From contig CBFFSA010000001.1 of NCBI GenBank assembly GCA_965644495.1, positions 3,720,001 through 3,784,000 of the forward strand: DNA of 64,000 bases, written 5' to 3'. The DNA comes from Perkinsela sp. CCAP 1560/9 (taxonomy: Eukaryota; Protista; Euglenozoa: Kinetoplastea). Made by a program: the position numbers and the translations under genes. Below are positions 10,396-21,842 of this stretch, piece after piece; position 1 is the stretch's first letter; each line of letters begins with the position of its first letter. Below the pieces are notes generated by a model. It made no database searches and had not been told where the DNA came from. It saw only the letters and a list, made by a program, of their open reading frames with translations.

Positions 10396-11781
10396 CAGTC
10401 AGCAAAAAAACCGTTCGAATGTTTCGGTTTTTTTTCTTTTGTATAGAGCTATTGATTAAATATCACCGTTGCGCTGGTAATGTGTGCTAGTAGTGTAGGC
10501 ATGAGTGTCACCTAATAGTACCCGTAGATAGTTCACCTCAGTTCGTTCTACCAAAGAAGTAAGAATGAATATAAAAAAGTTTAGCATTCGAAAGGTTTTT
10601 TTGCTACCTATTATAGAGAAAATCTTGTCCCGAAAAATAGATGAAACGTAATCGCCCAAGAGAGATTATGCCCGTAAAATTGGTATTTAGTATTCCCCCC
10701 ACGAGCCTTCAGCACTGCCTTCATACGGGCAGGCATACTGTCCACCTGGGCACGACATACTGAGGGTGGTATGTTCGCCCATTCCATTTTTACCCTCTCC
10801 CACAACTCTCGGACCCCGCTTGGTGGATCATCGTGCGCTGCAAGGCGCCGCTTGAGTTCCCCCCAAAACGTTTTCGATTGGATTTAAGTCAGGGGACTGC
10901 GGGGGCCACCGCATGACTTCAAACCCGGTACCCCGGAGGTGCCGTTGCGCACAATGGCTTGTGTGCTTGGGGTCATTATCTTGTTGGAAGATGACCATTG
11001 GGGGGTCTAGACCCAAAGTTTCGATGGAGGGGGCAAGATTCTCTTCAAGAATCTCGACGTACTGTGTGGCGTTCAGGTTCCCTTGAACTAGACGCACATG
11101 CCCCACACCGCTTCGGGACATGCACGCCCAAATCATGATGTGCCCCCCTCCGTACTTTACCGTGGGAATTACCCCTTTTTCACCCAGTTCCTCCCCCGGG
11201 GTCCCCCATGTCCAAAGACTTCCCCCCGTTTCAAAGCGCGAGATCTTCGTCTCGTCCGACCATACAACTGGAGCCCAGTCGTGCACTGTCCAGTGCTCAT
11301 GGGCCGTGGCAAAGTCCATCCGAAGCTTGCGATGGCGCTTGGACAGGTAGGGCTTGCGGACACGCTTTCTACCTTTTTGTCCGAAGCGGTGCATCGAAAC
11401 TCGGATAGACTGAGGAACAACATCAGCAACGCCCTCGCGGCGCAGCTGAGATGATACTTCTCGCGCAGAATTGCCGGAGAACACAAGTCGTCGCACACGG
11501 CGTGTGCACGGCTCGGAAAGCTTTCGAGGGCGTCCACCCTGCATCCTGAGAGTATCAGGCCATTCTTTTTTTAATATCATAGAAATTGTTGAGATGCTTA
11601 AATTTACTGTATCAGAGATGGACCTCATAGACACACCGCTGTCGTAGAGCTCTGCAATTTGTTTCTTTACGTAACGTGGTGTGGGCCTCATATAGAGTGC
11701 AAAATGTAACAGTGTAAGATAAACAATGTAATAGTGTAAGATAAACTCTATAACCTACTACCAAGGGGTAATTCCTGACTG
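10396..11781 (-). mobile_element. Tc1 (DD34E) DNA transposon, near full length, frameshifted transposase
   Basis: ORF 10828-11691 has an HTH, WSDETK and QQDNDPKH-...-SPDLNPIE with exactly 34 residues between D and E. One extra A at ~10865 (vs the copy at 51303) shifts the C-terminus. Termini TA-CAGTCAG...CTGACTG-TA; the terminal match is only 7 bp, so the 11781 boundary is tentative. Confidence 0.9.
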
Positions 11782-11879
11782 TACATATGCGGGGCCTGGC
11801 GTGTTACTCGTGAAAGAGAGTGGCAACTTCCCAAAGGCGGTGAAAACCCCTGAGGGAGCCAGTGACCAACCGGGGCAAC

Positions 11880-12006
11880 TCGTGTCCATCATTTTCAACG
11901 AGTGAAGAGAATCGTGTATTCGGAACAATTGGGTCGAAAAACTGTGCCTTGCAAAATATTTCCAAAATTGAATAAAATACAAGACCCGCACCTTTGTACA
12001 CCCCTG
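11880..12006. mobile_element. Diverged right end of a CAGGGGTG-type MITE
   Basis: ...TTTCCAAAATTGAA...CACCCCTG-TA resembles the ends at 42018 and 59234. Confidence 0.35.
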
Positions 12007-12179
12007 TATTTGAACGAATTTGTGTGTTCCTACTCTAAAGCACTCCCATTGCGTTCGCATAGCACTGCCTCGCCACATTTCACGATTTTTTATGACCCAA
12101 ATACTTCAACTCTCATTAGCTTTTTCTTTTTTTACGGTTCACAATTTTACAATTCGTATTGCGATTTTCAGTTCCAAGC

Positions 12180-14465
12180 ATGGAGAACTCTTGTACTGCA
12201 TCTGAAGACAAGGAATTCGTGCTGCTGCAGATGGAGGAATTGCGACAAACGGAATCTCAACTTCTTTTGCCTTCTGCTGTTCATCGATTGCTATATCCTC
12301 TTGTAGATCGCATTCTATCTCTCCCCATTGAAGCGAAAGCGTGCGATACCCCAATGAGCACTGCTAAAGATCACGACTACGAAGATGGATTCGTACGCGA
12401 AAATTACGGACATGAATCTGACATTCTACGCGATTTAGCCATAAAGCACAGTGACTTTTGCAATGTTCTTCTGGAGTCCGTCATCGAGATTCTTGTTCCG
12501 GGATTTGAGAAATACGAAAGCCATACCCGGAGAGTAATGCTTCTTAACGCTATTTCCCTTATGTATGACGTGAAAATAGCTTCGTCGGGAACCTTATTTT
12601 TTGAGTGTAACACCACTATTTCTACGCAAACTCAGAATGCAGAAACCAACTTACCCACCGGTACAGATTTCACGGCGTCCTCCCGGCGCAACTTTACCAA
12701 ATTCTGGCTCTTTTGCCTGCAACATTTAGACACGGAACTACACTCTCTCCCCTGCCCCCATTGTGTCCCCCCCTCACCCACCACCCCCCTCCTACGCCAC
12801 ACCCGTCTCCGCCTCCTCCGCTCCCTCACAGACCATATCCTCCCACTTCTCACCTCCCCCCTCATCCTCCTGGACTACCTGATCGCTAAACTTCAACTGG
12901 CACGACAACAACAACAACTACTCAAGGTTACCCCATCCGACGACTCCTCCTCTAAGGCTTCTACCTCTCATCCCGATCACAACAACAACAACAACAATAA
13001 CAATACTAACAATAACAATATTGATCCTCATAACGATACCATCAAAACATCCAAACCTCATCCTGTCCTTCCCCCCTCAGATCCTGTCCCACCCCCACCC
13101 CTTCTATCTCCCCACCACGCCGACCCCCTCACGCCATTGAACCCGACGACGACTACTCCTACTCCTTACAAACCCCTTACGTCATTGAACCCGACGACGA
13201 CTACTCCTACTCCTTACAAACCCCTTACGTCATTGAACCCGACGACGACTACTCCTACTCCTTACAAACCTCTTACGTCATTGAACCCGCAGACGACTAC
13301 TCCTACTCCTTACAAACCCCTTACGTCATTGAACCTGACGACGACTTCTCCTACTCCTTACAAACCCCTTACGTCATTGAACCCGACGACGACTACTCCT
13401 ACTCCTTACAAACCCCTCACGCCATTGAACCCGACGACGACTTCTCCTACTCCTTACAAACCCCTTACGTCATTGAACCCGCAGACGACTACTCCTACTC
13501 CTTACAAACCCCCTACGTCATTGAACCCGGCGACGACTACTCCTACTTCGCCTACGCCTACACCTACTACGCCTACTCCTACCCCCTTCGACCCCGACGC
13601 GCTCGCCCTCTCCTGCGCCGCCCTCCCCCCCCTCGCCGCCCTCCTCCTTCTCTCCCCCCACCCCGTCGAGGCCCCCTCCTTCCTCCCCGACCTCCTCGGC
13701 CTCCTCCGGCACCCCGGCTTCCCCCACATGGGCGGACCCACGGCCGCGGGGCTCCACCTGGTCGGGGAGATCCTCAAAGGGGGCCATCTCCCCGACGCCC
13801 TGGTCCACGTGTTCTGTGGCACACTGGGGGCGGTGGCACGGGAGAGGGCCCCGGCGCCCGTGGCGCAGAGGGTGCTGGAGGTGGTGAGGGGGGTGGTGGG
13901 GGGACGGCAGGGGGGGGTGGGGGTGGGGGTGGGGGGGAGTAAGGGGGGAAAGAGGGGGGAGAGAGGAAAGAGGGGAAAGTCGCAAGAAGGGGTAGTGGTG
14001 TACGAACGGGTGGGGAGGCTGCCGGGGGGGTTGGGGAGGGAGGGGGGAGAGGGGACGGGGACGGGGGGGAAAGCAAGGGGGGGAGGGGGAAAAAGGGAGA
14101 GGGGGGAGGTGGAGGAGGAGGGAGGGGAAGGAGGAGGAGGGGAGGAGGAGGATCAGGGGTTGCTGTTAAAGACGTTGGTGGCGTTAGCCCAGCATCCGAG
14201 TCAAGGGGTACGGTCTGCTGCGCTGTCGTTTCGGTCGTTGCTGGGGAGGAACCCGGGCCGTACGTTTGTTGAGGTGGGGGAGAGGGAGGATGTGGGCGGA
14301 AAGGGTGGGCACGCCAAGGATTGCATAAAGGATGCCTATGGTTTGCTCCTTCAACGCGAGTTGAGTGCGAAACCCCGATTTCCGTCTGGGATATCTGGAT
14401 TTCAGGATGAGGTGTTCGACAACGCAATGGAACAGTTGTGGGTTTCAACGGATACGCAGCCTTGA
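12180..14465 (+). CDS. NOC4: Nucleolar complex protein 4-like (CBF/Mak21 domain) with large low-complexity insertions
   Basis: HILPLLTSPLILLDYL, ALPPLAALL...EAPSFLPDLLGLL, ILKGGHLPDALVHVF and LVALAQHPSQGV follow the order of Noc4 motifs. Confidence 0.6.
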   Translation: MENSCTASEDKEFVLLQMEELRQTESQLLLPSAVHRLLYPLVDRILSLPIEAKACDTPMSTAKDHDYEDGFVRENYGHESDILRDLAIKHSDFCNVLLESVIEILVPGFEKYESHTRRVMLLNAISLMYDVKIASSGTLFFECNTTISTQTQNAETNLPTGTDFTASSRRNFTKFWLFCLQHLDTELHSLPCPHCVPPSPTTPLLRHTRLRLLRSLTDHILPLLTSPLILLDYLIAKLQLARQQQQLLKVTPSDDSSSKASTSHPDHNNNNNNNNTNNNNIDPHNDTIKTSKPHPVLPPSDPVPPPPLLSPHHADPLTPLNPTTTTPTPYKPLTSLNPTTTTPTPYKPLTSLNPTTTTPTPYKPLTSLNPQTTTPTPYKPLTSLNLTTTSPTPYKPLTSLNPTTTTPTPYKPLTPLNPTTTSPTPYKPLTSLNPQTTTPTPYKPPTSLNPATTTPTSPTPTPTTPTPTPFDPDALALSCAALPPLAALLLLSPHPVEAPSFLPDLLGLLRHPGFPHMGGPTAAGLHLVGEILKGGHLPDALVHVFCGTLGAVARERAPAPVAQRVLEVVRGVVGGRQGGVGVGVGGSKGGKRGERGKRGKSQEGVVVYERVGRLPGGLGREGGEGTGTGGKARGGGGKRERGEVEEEGGEGGGGEEEDQGLLLKTLVALAQHPSQGVRSAALSFRSLLGRNPGRTFVEVGEREDVGGKGGHAKDCIKDAYGLLLQRELSAKPRFPSGISGFQDEVFDNAMEQLWVSTDTQP
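13125..13547 (+). repeat. In-frame 48-bp minisatellite (~8.8 copies, PLTSLNPTTTTPTPYK)
   Basis: Unit CCCCTTACGTCATTGAACCCGACGACGACTACTCCTACTCCTTACAAA, period 48 (13125, 13173, ...). Confidence 0.95.
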
Positions 14466-14628
14466 GATAGTATTGAGCGAATAAGAAACAAATTGGCGTT
14501 ATAAGAGTATATCTTTACTTTACTTTAGGAGTTTATAAAATTTTAGTGAAACTACATGTATTCTTAATGATATTGTTTTTAAGTATCAGGTCGCGCGTAT
14601 TGGTTTTGCTAAGTTATGTTTGTCATGA

Positions 14629-16374
14629 ATGGCTTCTGATGCAAGTACAACCCGAACGGGATCCTCCGAGGGATGGGGAGCTGATGCTCTGCAGCGATTT
14701 ACAAACCACTATGTCCCTCAAAATTTAGTTGTTAGACAACTTGAAATGGGGGCACTTCTTGGGTTCGCCCAAATGAGCTGTTGCAAGATTTGTCACTCAA
14801 AAGAGAAATGTTCCGTAGGGAAAAGTAAGAAATCCCGAAATGTTAAGAATAAAGATGAAGGTTTGTGTGCTCCGTGCACAGAGGCCCGAAAGCACCTCTT
14901 TTCTGTCTGCGGCAAAGACTCTGTAGAAGGTGCCGACGTACACAAAAATACTTTAAAAGCGCAATGTCGAGTTCTTCATCTTGCGGCTTTTCCAGGCAGT
15001 GGAAAAACAATGCTACTACAAAAACTGGAAGACTATAAACGTGCTTATCGCTCCCACGAAAGAAAATGTGTAGAAGAAAAGAAAAAACATGCTCAGATTG
15101 ATCTCGAGACGTCATCGTTGCGAGACGCAGACCATATAGAAATTATGTCTTGTGCAGCGAAATCTTGGTCATGTGTGCTGCAAACTTTACTTCAAAAAAT
15201 TGATATTCAAGCCGAGTCACATCGTGGAAAACTTTCAGCGAAGCTCCAGGGAGATAAACTACGTGACGCTATAGTAGATAAATTAGAAGAATATAGTGGA
15301 CTTATCATACTTGATGAAATTGATACCGTTCTTACTATGGGATCTCACATAGGTTACTCTCATCCCACACGAAAACGTAGCAGCAGCCAAAGTCAAGCTG
15401 AGTCCTGTCACAATCATTTTGAGTTTCTTATCAGTGCCTTGAGTCGATTTAAGAGCTGGACGCGCGTGGGGGTTGTACTCATATCCAACAATGTAAACAT
15501 CCACCCCAGTGCTGTGATCCGTCCCTCAATTCGCACGAGCGTATACACTATGCTGCTACGTGCGTACGAAAAGGAGGAAATTCAAAAAATTATTTTAGAA
15601 CGCTGTGCGGGTGAGGCCATTTTCGAAGAATCCGCTCTTGCCTACGTCACCTCGCTGGGTAACGACATTCGCAGGCTACTCACCATTATTCTAAACGCCA
15701 TGCTGCGTGTACGGGATGCCCAATCCGTGGTGTGTCCATCGAATACGGATGTCACAAATCACAAAAAATCGAAATCCCCTCCCTACTTACGCAAACTTAA
15801 GATTACGGACATTGTGGAGTCGTGTTCCGGGCAAGGGGACATTACGCTACGACAAGTTCGTACCGCGTTGCGTGCACTGAGTCCAGAGTTACAACTTTTG
15901 TTGGTCGGGATGATTGCACTTCAACAGGGGTGTGAATGCCCCACGGTCACGGCTGCACAACTCTATGGGTGGGTATCCACACAGGGCACCGCAGCCACCC
16001 AACTTACGGAACTCACCAATGTGACACAATTTTGTAACGCGTTACATTCGTTGTGTGACTTAAGCTTGTTACGTAGCAGTGGGCTACGGGGGAATGGAAG
16101 TCAAATGTTTATGGCCTCCCTAAATAAAAAAGGAGCGGCCCCCGGAAAGGGTATTATGGGAACGAGTGGGCATCACTGTCGACTTCACCTCTCGTTTGAT
16201 CTCCGTGTGTTGACCACCGCGATGCGACACCTGATGATGGGAAGTGGAATCCCGGAGAGTGTGGCGGGTGGCGAACCCGTGCTTCGATCAGCCGGTTCTG
16301 ATTTTGTGGTGTTCCGCGCCACAGAGGGGTATTGGGGGAGTAAAGAGAGTAAAAAAGGGGGTAGGGGGTTATAG
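14629..16374 (+). CDS. ORC1/CDC6-family AAA+ replication initiator (possibly ORC1B-like)
   Basis: Walker A FPGSGKT, Walker B IILDEID, sensor ISNN, AYEKEEIQKIILER, GNDIRR, C-terminal winged helix. Confidence 0.8.
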   Translation: MASDASTTRTGSSEGWGADALQRFTNHYVPQNLVVRQLEMGALLGFAQMSCCKICHSKEKCSVGKSKKSRNVKNKDEGLCAPCTEARKHLFSVCGKDSVEGADVHKNTLKAQCRVLHLAAFPGSGKTMLLQKLEDYKRAYRSHERKCVEEKKKHAQIDLETSSLRDADHIEIMSCAAKSWSCVLQTLLQKIDIQAESHRGKLSAKLQGDKLRDAIVDKLEEYSGLIILDEIDTVLTMGSHIGYSHPTRKRSSSQSQAESCHNHFEFLISALSRFKSWTRVGVVLISNNVNIHPSAVIRPSIRTSVYTMLLRAYEKEEIQKIILERCAGEAIFEESALAYVTSLGNDIRRLLTIILNAMLRVRDAQSVVCPSNTDVTNHKKSKSPPYLRKLKITDIVESCSGQGDITLRQVRTALRALSPELQLLLVGMIALQQGCECPTVTAAQLYGWVSTQGTAATQLTELTNVTQFCNALHSLCDLSLLRSSGLRGNGSQMFMASLNKKGAAPGKGIMGTSGHHCRLHLSFDLRVLTTAMRHLMMGSGIPESVAGGEPVLRSAGSDFVVFRATEGYWGSKESKKGGRGL

Positions 16375-16635
16375 GGAATCCAGATGCTGATAATTATGAT
16401 GGCGTTTGGATGAGATGGTTTAGGGGACAAAATAAATCAAAGTTTTGTGCAACAAGGCGGTACATTGTTACAATCTACATTCCAAAATTGCTACTATTTG
16501 TAGCAATCTTTGGAATGTACGAATTGTGAGGTTTCCATTTTCTTTTGTTTTAAGGCAAAGACGTTTACCCAAATCTTTATTTCTTCATTTATCCTTCAGA
16601 CATCAATTTTAACACTCATTTCTAATCGAAACCAT

Positions 16636-17445
16636 ATGCTTCCTCTGACCCTTCTCCCTCTTCTTACCCGTGACGTGCAGGAGCCTCCCACCAAGCGGCA
16701 AAAGACCCAACCCTCCCCTTCCTACCGCCTTGAAATTGTAAACGCACCCCTCGAGGCGGGTCTGGGGGCTCAACTTGCGGCGGAGTCCATGCTGGAGAAA
16801 TTCCTCGAAAACGTGCAAGGCAAACACAAGTCATGGAATTCTAAATATGCAGCCTGCAAGTGGTCTGGGGTGAAGTGTGACAAGTACGGCAATGTGCGCA
16901 ACATTGACTGGGGCAAATACCCCCTCGAAGGGACCAACCTGACCTGGGGGTATCTGCCCTCTACGCTCACCCACCTGGACATGGACGGGAAGAAACGTAA
17001 AAAGTACGTCCCTGCCCCGATGTTGCGTGGGGAGGTTCCCTCTGCGGCACTCCCTCGGTCGTTGGTCAAGCTTCGCATCGGGCACAATGCGTTCAGCGGG
17101 GTGTTTGATCTGACCAATCTCCCGGTGGGGTTAAAAAAGCTAACTTTGCGGAACAACGCGTTTGAAGGTCCGTGTGATTTTACGCAGCTTCCTGTGGCAA
17201 TGAAAAAGCTGTACTTGTCGCATAATTTGTTTTCGGGGCCTGTTGATGTGACTAAATTGCCACAGAACATGAAGAAATTGGATTTGGAGCATAATTTGTT
17301 TGTTGGGGAGGTAGACGTAAAAACTCTTCCCAAAGGGCTGAAGCTGCTTAATTTGTTGCAGAATAATTTCACTTCGATCTCGCGGCCTATTCCAAGTGTT
17401 GTGAAAGTTGATATCGATTTAAAGGAGAAAGACCGTTTGCCGTGA
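16636..17445 (+). CDS. LRR protein, basic, with NLS-like EPPTKRQK and KKRKK
   Basis: ACKWSGVKC cap and 5-6 LRRs. Confidence 0.9.
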   Translation: MLPLTLLPLLTRDVQEPPTKRQKTQPSPSYRLEIVNAPLEAGLGAQLAAESMLEKFLENVQGKHKSWNSKYAACKWSGVKCDKYGNVRNIDWGKYPLEGTNLTWGYLPSTLTHLDMDGKKRKKYVPAPMLRGEVPSAALPRSLVKLRIGHNAFSGVFDLTNLPVGLKKLTLRNNAFEGPCDFTQLPVAMKKLYLSHNLFSGPVDVTKLPQNMKKLDLEHNLFVGEVDVKTLPKGLKLLNLLQNNFTSISRPIPSVVKVDIDLKEKDRLP

Positions 17446-17950
17446 TTAAATAGAGCGGCAATGGATATCCATGGAGCTAGCTTTTAAATTATTTTTTTAA
17501 ATATTTTTACTGCTTTCTACTGCTGATTTATTGATTTGATAGTGGACACAATTAAAACAATACAAAGTTAAACCACACTACTATACTTTTTTTTCACTAA
17601 ACATGTTTTTCGACACGATATTTCCTCTCAATTAGTCCTACCCAATGTACAATGCAAAATATCTTTGATACCAACGTTATTGGACAATAGCCATGCTCAT
17701 ATAGACCGATTTGTGTGTGCATCTCTCTTATCTTTTTATTTTTGTGCAGTAACTCGCAGGTTTTTATGGTATTTGAAACGCAATTTAATGTACGATGGTT
17801 AGTTTTCCAAAAACGTTGCATACGAACCTAGCCCGTACGGGGGACTACAGTAAAATTGTACAGTAGATTCTACAAAACTACTGTATAAAATTTATACTTT
17901 AGCGGTTGTAAATATTTTATCTAGATCATTTGCCCAAAGCTGCTACCGAG

Positions 17951-18658
17951 ATGATTATTTCCAACATGCTAACCACGTGGGAATCTCCGGATTCATCTTC
18001 CGTCTCTCGCCTCGGTAGAATAAATAGAATTACGTTTTCTCCCGAACTTCAGCTTTATAAGTTTTTGCAAAACGTGACTCACCCAGAGTACAATTGGAAC
18101 CTGACAACTCCCATAGACAAATGAGAAGGAGTCGCCTGTGATCAATCGGGGCAAGTCAAAGAAATTGTGTGGACAGCAAAGCGCTTGAAAGGCGCACTCT
18201 CATGGAGATTCTTGCCATGCCAGCTCACAATGCTCAAGATTTCAGAGAACCAATTTAGTCAAGCAATGGAGTACACGGCGCTGCCTGATTCCTTGCAGAC
18301 TTTGTACGGTAGTGAATGCGGCTTTCATGGAGAGCTTCCCCTTAATCTTCTTCCGCGAACCCTGGATACTCTGTCCTTATTTGACAACGAACTAAACGGG
18401 ACCCTTGTGTTGCAGGACTTACCACCACAAATTCGCAATGTGTGGCTTCACGAGAATAAGCTCTCTGGTGAGATATTTTTTCATAATTTACCTCATCCTT
18501 TGGAAATGCTCTACCTGCACTACAATAAGTTTGATGCAGAAGTTGATGTATCAATTTTACCTCAGAGAACGAACGAGGTTTTTTTGCATGGCGATGAACT
18601 TTTTATTCGAGGTTTCCATCTAGCACAGTCGTGGATGGCCCTGTTTGAGAGACCCTGA
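17951..18658 (+). pseudogene. LRR gene with a single in-frame TGA at the conserved cap Trp
   Basis: ORFs 17930-18124 and 18167-18658 share a frame. PIDK*EGVAC corresponds to the family C/xWxGVxC (TGA at 18122-24). Confidence 0.8.
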
Positions 18659-18955
18659 TTGAAATGTTCTAGTCTAATAATAAAGCAAATAATATTCCCA
18701 GTCGCGTGGTAATCCTTGCGATGTCCACAACCGTGATATGATATTGAAATGTTCTAGCCTAATAAAATATACTCTCTAAAAAATTCATTTTTATCCACTT
18801 CCTCTCCTTTGTTTGCCAGCCATCTTCGATCGTTAGATTAAGCACGACGATTATTCTCAATTTTTAAGAAGTCATGACTTTAAGGTCTACTCTTTTGTAA
18901 ATTAACTGTTCTTATACCATTACTGCATCCTCAATTTCATAGGCTCCGGGACGGA

Positions 18956-20215
18956 ATGGAGACTCCCTTTCCTATGTCGGAGCATCTGTTACATGCAGCC
19001 CCTTTTCTTGTCATTGTCGCCATGGCACTGTGCGTGATTTATGTGGGCGCGTGGCGTAGTGTTGAAAGCGCTTCTCATCCCGATACAGAGCAAATGGATC
19101 ACAACTCTGCACTTCGTTTTCCCGTCGTTGGTAGTGTCGTTCTACTCTCACTGTACGTGGCCTATCGCTACCTACCGAAATATTATCTAAATCTACTTCT
19201 CTCCGGGTACTTTTGTTTTCTGGGCGTTTTTGCTGTTACCGAGACGTGTCGTCCATGGCTCGGAGAAAATAAAGGTCCCGAAATTATTGCCGTCCTGCTC
19301 TGCGGGTATCATTTTCTGTACCCCCACTGGTTGCTCAACAATGGCCTGGGCCTGTGTTTCTCCCTAACGGCTCTAGAGGTGATTACAGTGGGAAGTACCC
19401 AAATAGGAGTTCTGCTGCTTTCCTTGTTGTTTTTTTACGATATCTTTTGGGTGTTCGGCACAGAGGTGATGGTGTCTGTGGCCACGCAGGTGGAGGGTCC
19501 AATAAAGCTAATGGTACCAAAGTCGCTTTCCCCGGAGGCTACTGCCGCATTTCACATGCTTGGGTTAGGGGACATAGTTCTCCCTGGGCTGTTTATCTCT
19601 CTAATGCTCCGTTTCGATCGGAGCTTGGCCCATGTGGATGCAAATGAAACAAAGACAGTTAAAAAGTCCTCGCGAGCTGGGCGCAAACTTCAGAAAACGT
19701 CACCGCCTCACAATTCGTACTTTACGACCGCAATGGTGTGTTACGTCGGCGGGCTGATTCACACCATCTGCTCCATGTTTCTTCATGAAAGAGCCCAACC
19801 CGCTCTTCTGTACTTAGTACCTTGGACAGTAGGCGGCGTATGTGCACTTGCAATGCTTCGTGGAGAATTATCCGAGTGGTGGAGTTATACAGAAATGGAG
19901 GTCGAAGATGAAGGTTTGAAAAAAACAAACTATGATCGTTTGAAACAGTTTCTGGGTGTGGAACCCACGAAAACGGGAAACAAGAAATCTACGTCTTCTG
20001 AAGTTGATATGGACGATGCGAGAATTGATTCCAGGCAGACGAGTTCCGAGAAAGAGCTGCAAAAACCGAAAAAAACAACGACTGGCAGCTCCTCTGTTAC
20101 GCGTACAAAAACATTGAAAAGGTCGAGTTCTACGACTCGTAAGAGCTCACGTCGAAGCGCAAGCAAGGCTTCAAGAACGTCATCTGTCGCTCGCAAAAAA
20201 ACTACGCTTACGTGA
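18956..20215 (+). CDS. SPP: Signal peptide peptidase (A22B presenilin-type aspartyl protease)
   Basis: FFYDIFWVFGT, LGLGDIV and QPALLYL motifs; multi-pass hydrophobic segments; basic C-tail. Confidence 0.95.
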   Translation: METPFPMSEHLLHAAPFLVIVAMALCVIYVGAWRSVESASHPDTEQMDHNSALRFPVVGSVVLLSLYVAYRYLPKYYLNLLLSGYFCFLGVFAVTETCRPWLGENKGPEIIAVLLCGYHFLYPHWLLNNGLGLCFSLTALEVITVGSTQIGVLLLSLLFFYDIFWVFGTEVMVSVATQVEGPIKLMVPKSLSPEATAAFHMLGLGDIVLPGLFISLMLRFDRSLAHVDANETKTVKKSSRAGRKLQKTSPPHNSYFTTAMVCYVGGLIHTICSMFLHERAQPALLYLVPWTVGGVCALAMLRGELSEWWSYTEMEVEDEGLKKTNYDRLKQFLGVEPTKTGNKKSTSSEVDMDDARIDSRQTSSEKELQKPKKTTTGSSSVTRTKTLKRSSSTTRKSSRRSASKASRTSSVARKKTTLT

Positions 20216-20537
20216 CCTCACCACTCGTGAAAACACAGCTGATACAGTAATTTATCGTTGAATTATTAGCTGTAACGAAAAAATAATGGATCGTAGCAAA
20301 AGAGAGCTGCTGGCAGCTGTGAGGACATTTCGGTATTGAGATTTTTATCGAAATATTAATAGGTTATTAGCAGGCTATTAATAGGTAGGTTATTTATGGT
20401 GTTTTTATTTTGCCTTCCAAGTAGCCAGAGAAGGAACATTCAATTAATTACTTCGCAAAACAACATATTTACATAGGTTCGCTATAGTTTTCTTTTACGC
20501 TCTTAATCCGAAAAATACATCGCCTGCTACAACGAGT

Positions 20538-21365
20538 ATGTCATCCTTCAAAATAGTTTGCTTGTCTTTTCTTATGCGAAGTCTTATAGCACCAGACTAC
20601 ACCTCAAGTGCTCGTCGCGGGAAACTTACCAACGTCGAGCTACCTGACGAGTTGCTTATGGAAAGACTTATTGTCGATGTGGACAACGCCCCGACTTCTT
20701 GGTCCCTTCAAGGAAGAACTTTCTTTGGATGCACGTACTCCGTATCCATATGTTCCTGGGAGGGGGTGCAGTGTAATTCTCATCACCAGGTGGAGTCAGT
20801 GCGATGGAGTCGTTTTGACCTGCGAAGGTATCTTGCTGGAACGATGCGTCTGAGTACACTTCCGTCGACGGTGGTTTACTTCAGCGTTGTCGGTCATTTA
20901 GCACTTCAGGGAACGGTACGGACCTCGACCTTGCCAAATAACGTTACAAGACTGTTTTTGGGTGATAATGCCTTCAATAGCTCATTCGATTTATCAACTC
21001 TTCCACTGAAATTACAGCATTTAAAAGTGCAAGGAAACGCTTTTTCAGGGAGTATTGATCTTTGCCACATGCCAACCAGACTAGTGCAACTATTCCTGCA
21101 TAATAATGCGTTCACCGGCGGATTATTGTTCGAGTCTCTACCACTTAGCCTTCGACGTCTAAATTTGAGTGGAAATTATTTTGAAGGGGTAGTGGACTTA
21201 ACGCCTTTAATGAATCGTGCACAACAAAACTCCACCATACATGTTTACCTTCAAAATAATTTTCTTAAAGCCAACAAAGTCATAAGCTCATTACCCAATT
21301 CGGTATATTTTTTTCCTCAGAGAAAAGCAGTTGAACTAACAAACGAAAGGTGTGAGAAATACTAA
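20538..21365 (+). CDS. LRR protein
   Basis: RRGKL..ELPDE motif, CSWEGVQC cap, ~5 LRRs. Confidence 0.9.
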   Translation: MSSFKIVCLSFLMRSLIAPDYTSSARRGKLTNVELPDELLMERLIVDVDNAPTSWSLQGRTFFGCTYSVSICSWEGVQCNSHHQVESVRWSRFDLRRYLAGTMRLSTLPSTVVYFSVVGHLALQGTVRTSTLPNNVTRLFLGDNAFNSSFDLSTLPLKLQHLKVQGNAFSGSIDLCHMPTRLVQLFLHNNAFTGGLLFESLPLSLRRLNLSGNYFEGVVDLTPLMNRAQQNSTIHVYLQNNFLKANKVISSLPNSVYFFPQRKAVELTNERCEKY

Positions 21366-21842
21366 GCATACAGTTCTTCTTAAGCGCTCAAGTGCTTTTT
21401 TTCCTCACCCCAGGGAAAGAGGCATCTAATTTAAAGTAACTCAATGCCAACGAATTCCAAAGAAAATCAAAGCTATGCGCACAAGGCGATCCCGTAATGA
21501 ACCATTACGGTCCAACCACAGTTCATTTCGGGATATTCGTAACAAAACCCTCCATCAAAATCATTGGTCATGATTTCACTCGTACCTGAGAATGTCAAAA
21601 GGTGAAAATGTTAAAAAAGACTCTAAAGTATCATACTTCAAATACATACTTTAAGTATGCATTTCGCAAGAAGCGGAAACGAAAAAGAATGAAAACAACT
21701 ATTACTTATTAGTAGTACTTATTTATTATTTAAAAAGTGCGCAAACTTCGCTCAGTTTCGCTCAATTCCACCTGCAAGAGTGTTTTACGCTTTTTACGTG
21801 GGCGCCAGTTAGCAGCTATTAATTTCCTTTATTACTCTTCCT

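Noticed and set aside
18122-18124. TGA at a conserved Trp as evidence of UGA=Trp recoding
   Set aside because: Many intact genes here end in TGA (e.g. LC8, LSm8, SPP) and use TGG for Trp. A single nonsense mutation is simpler.
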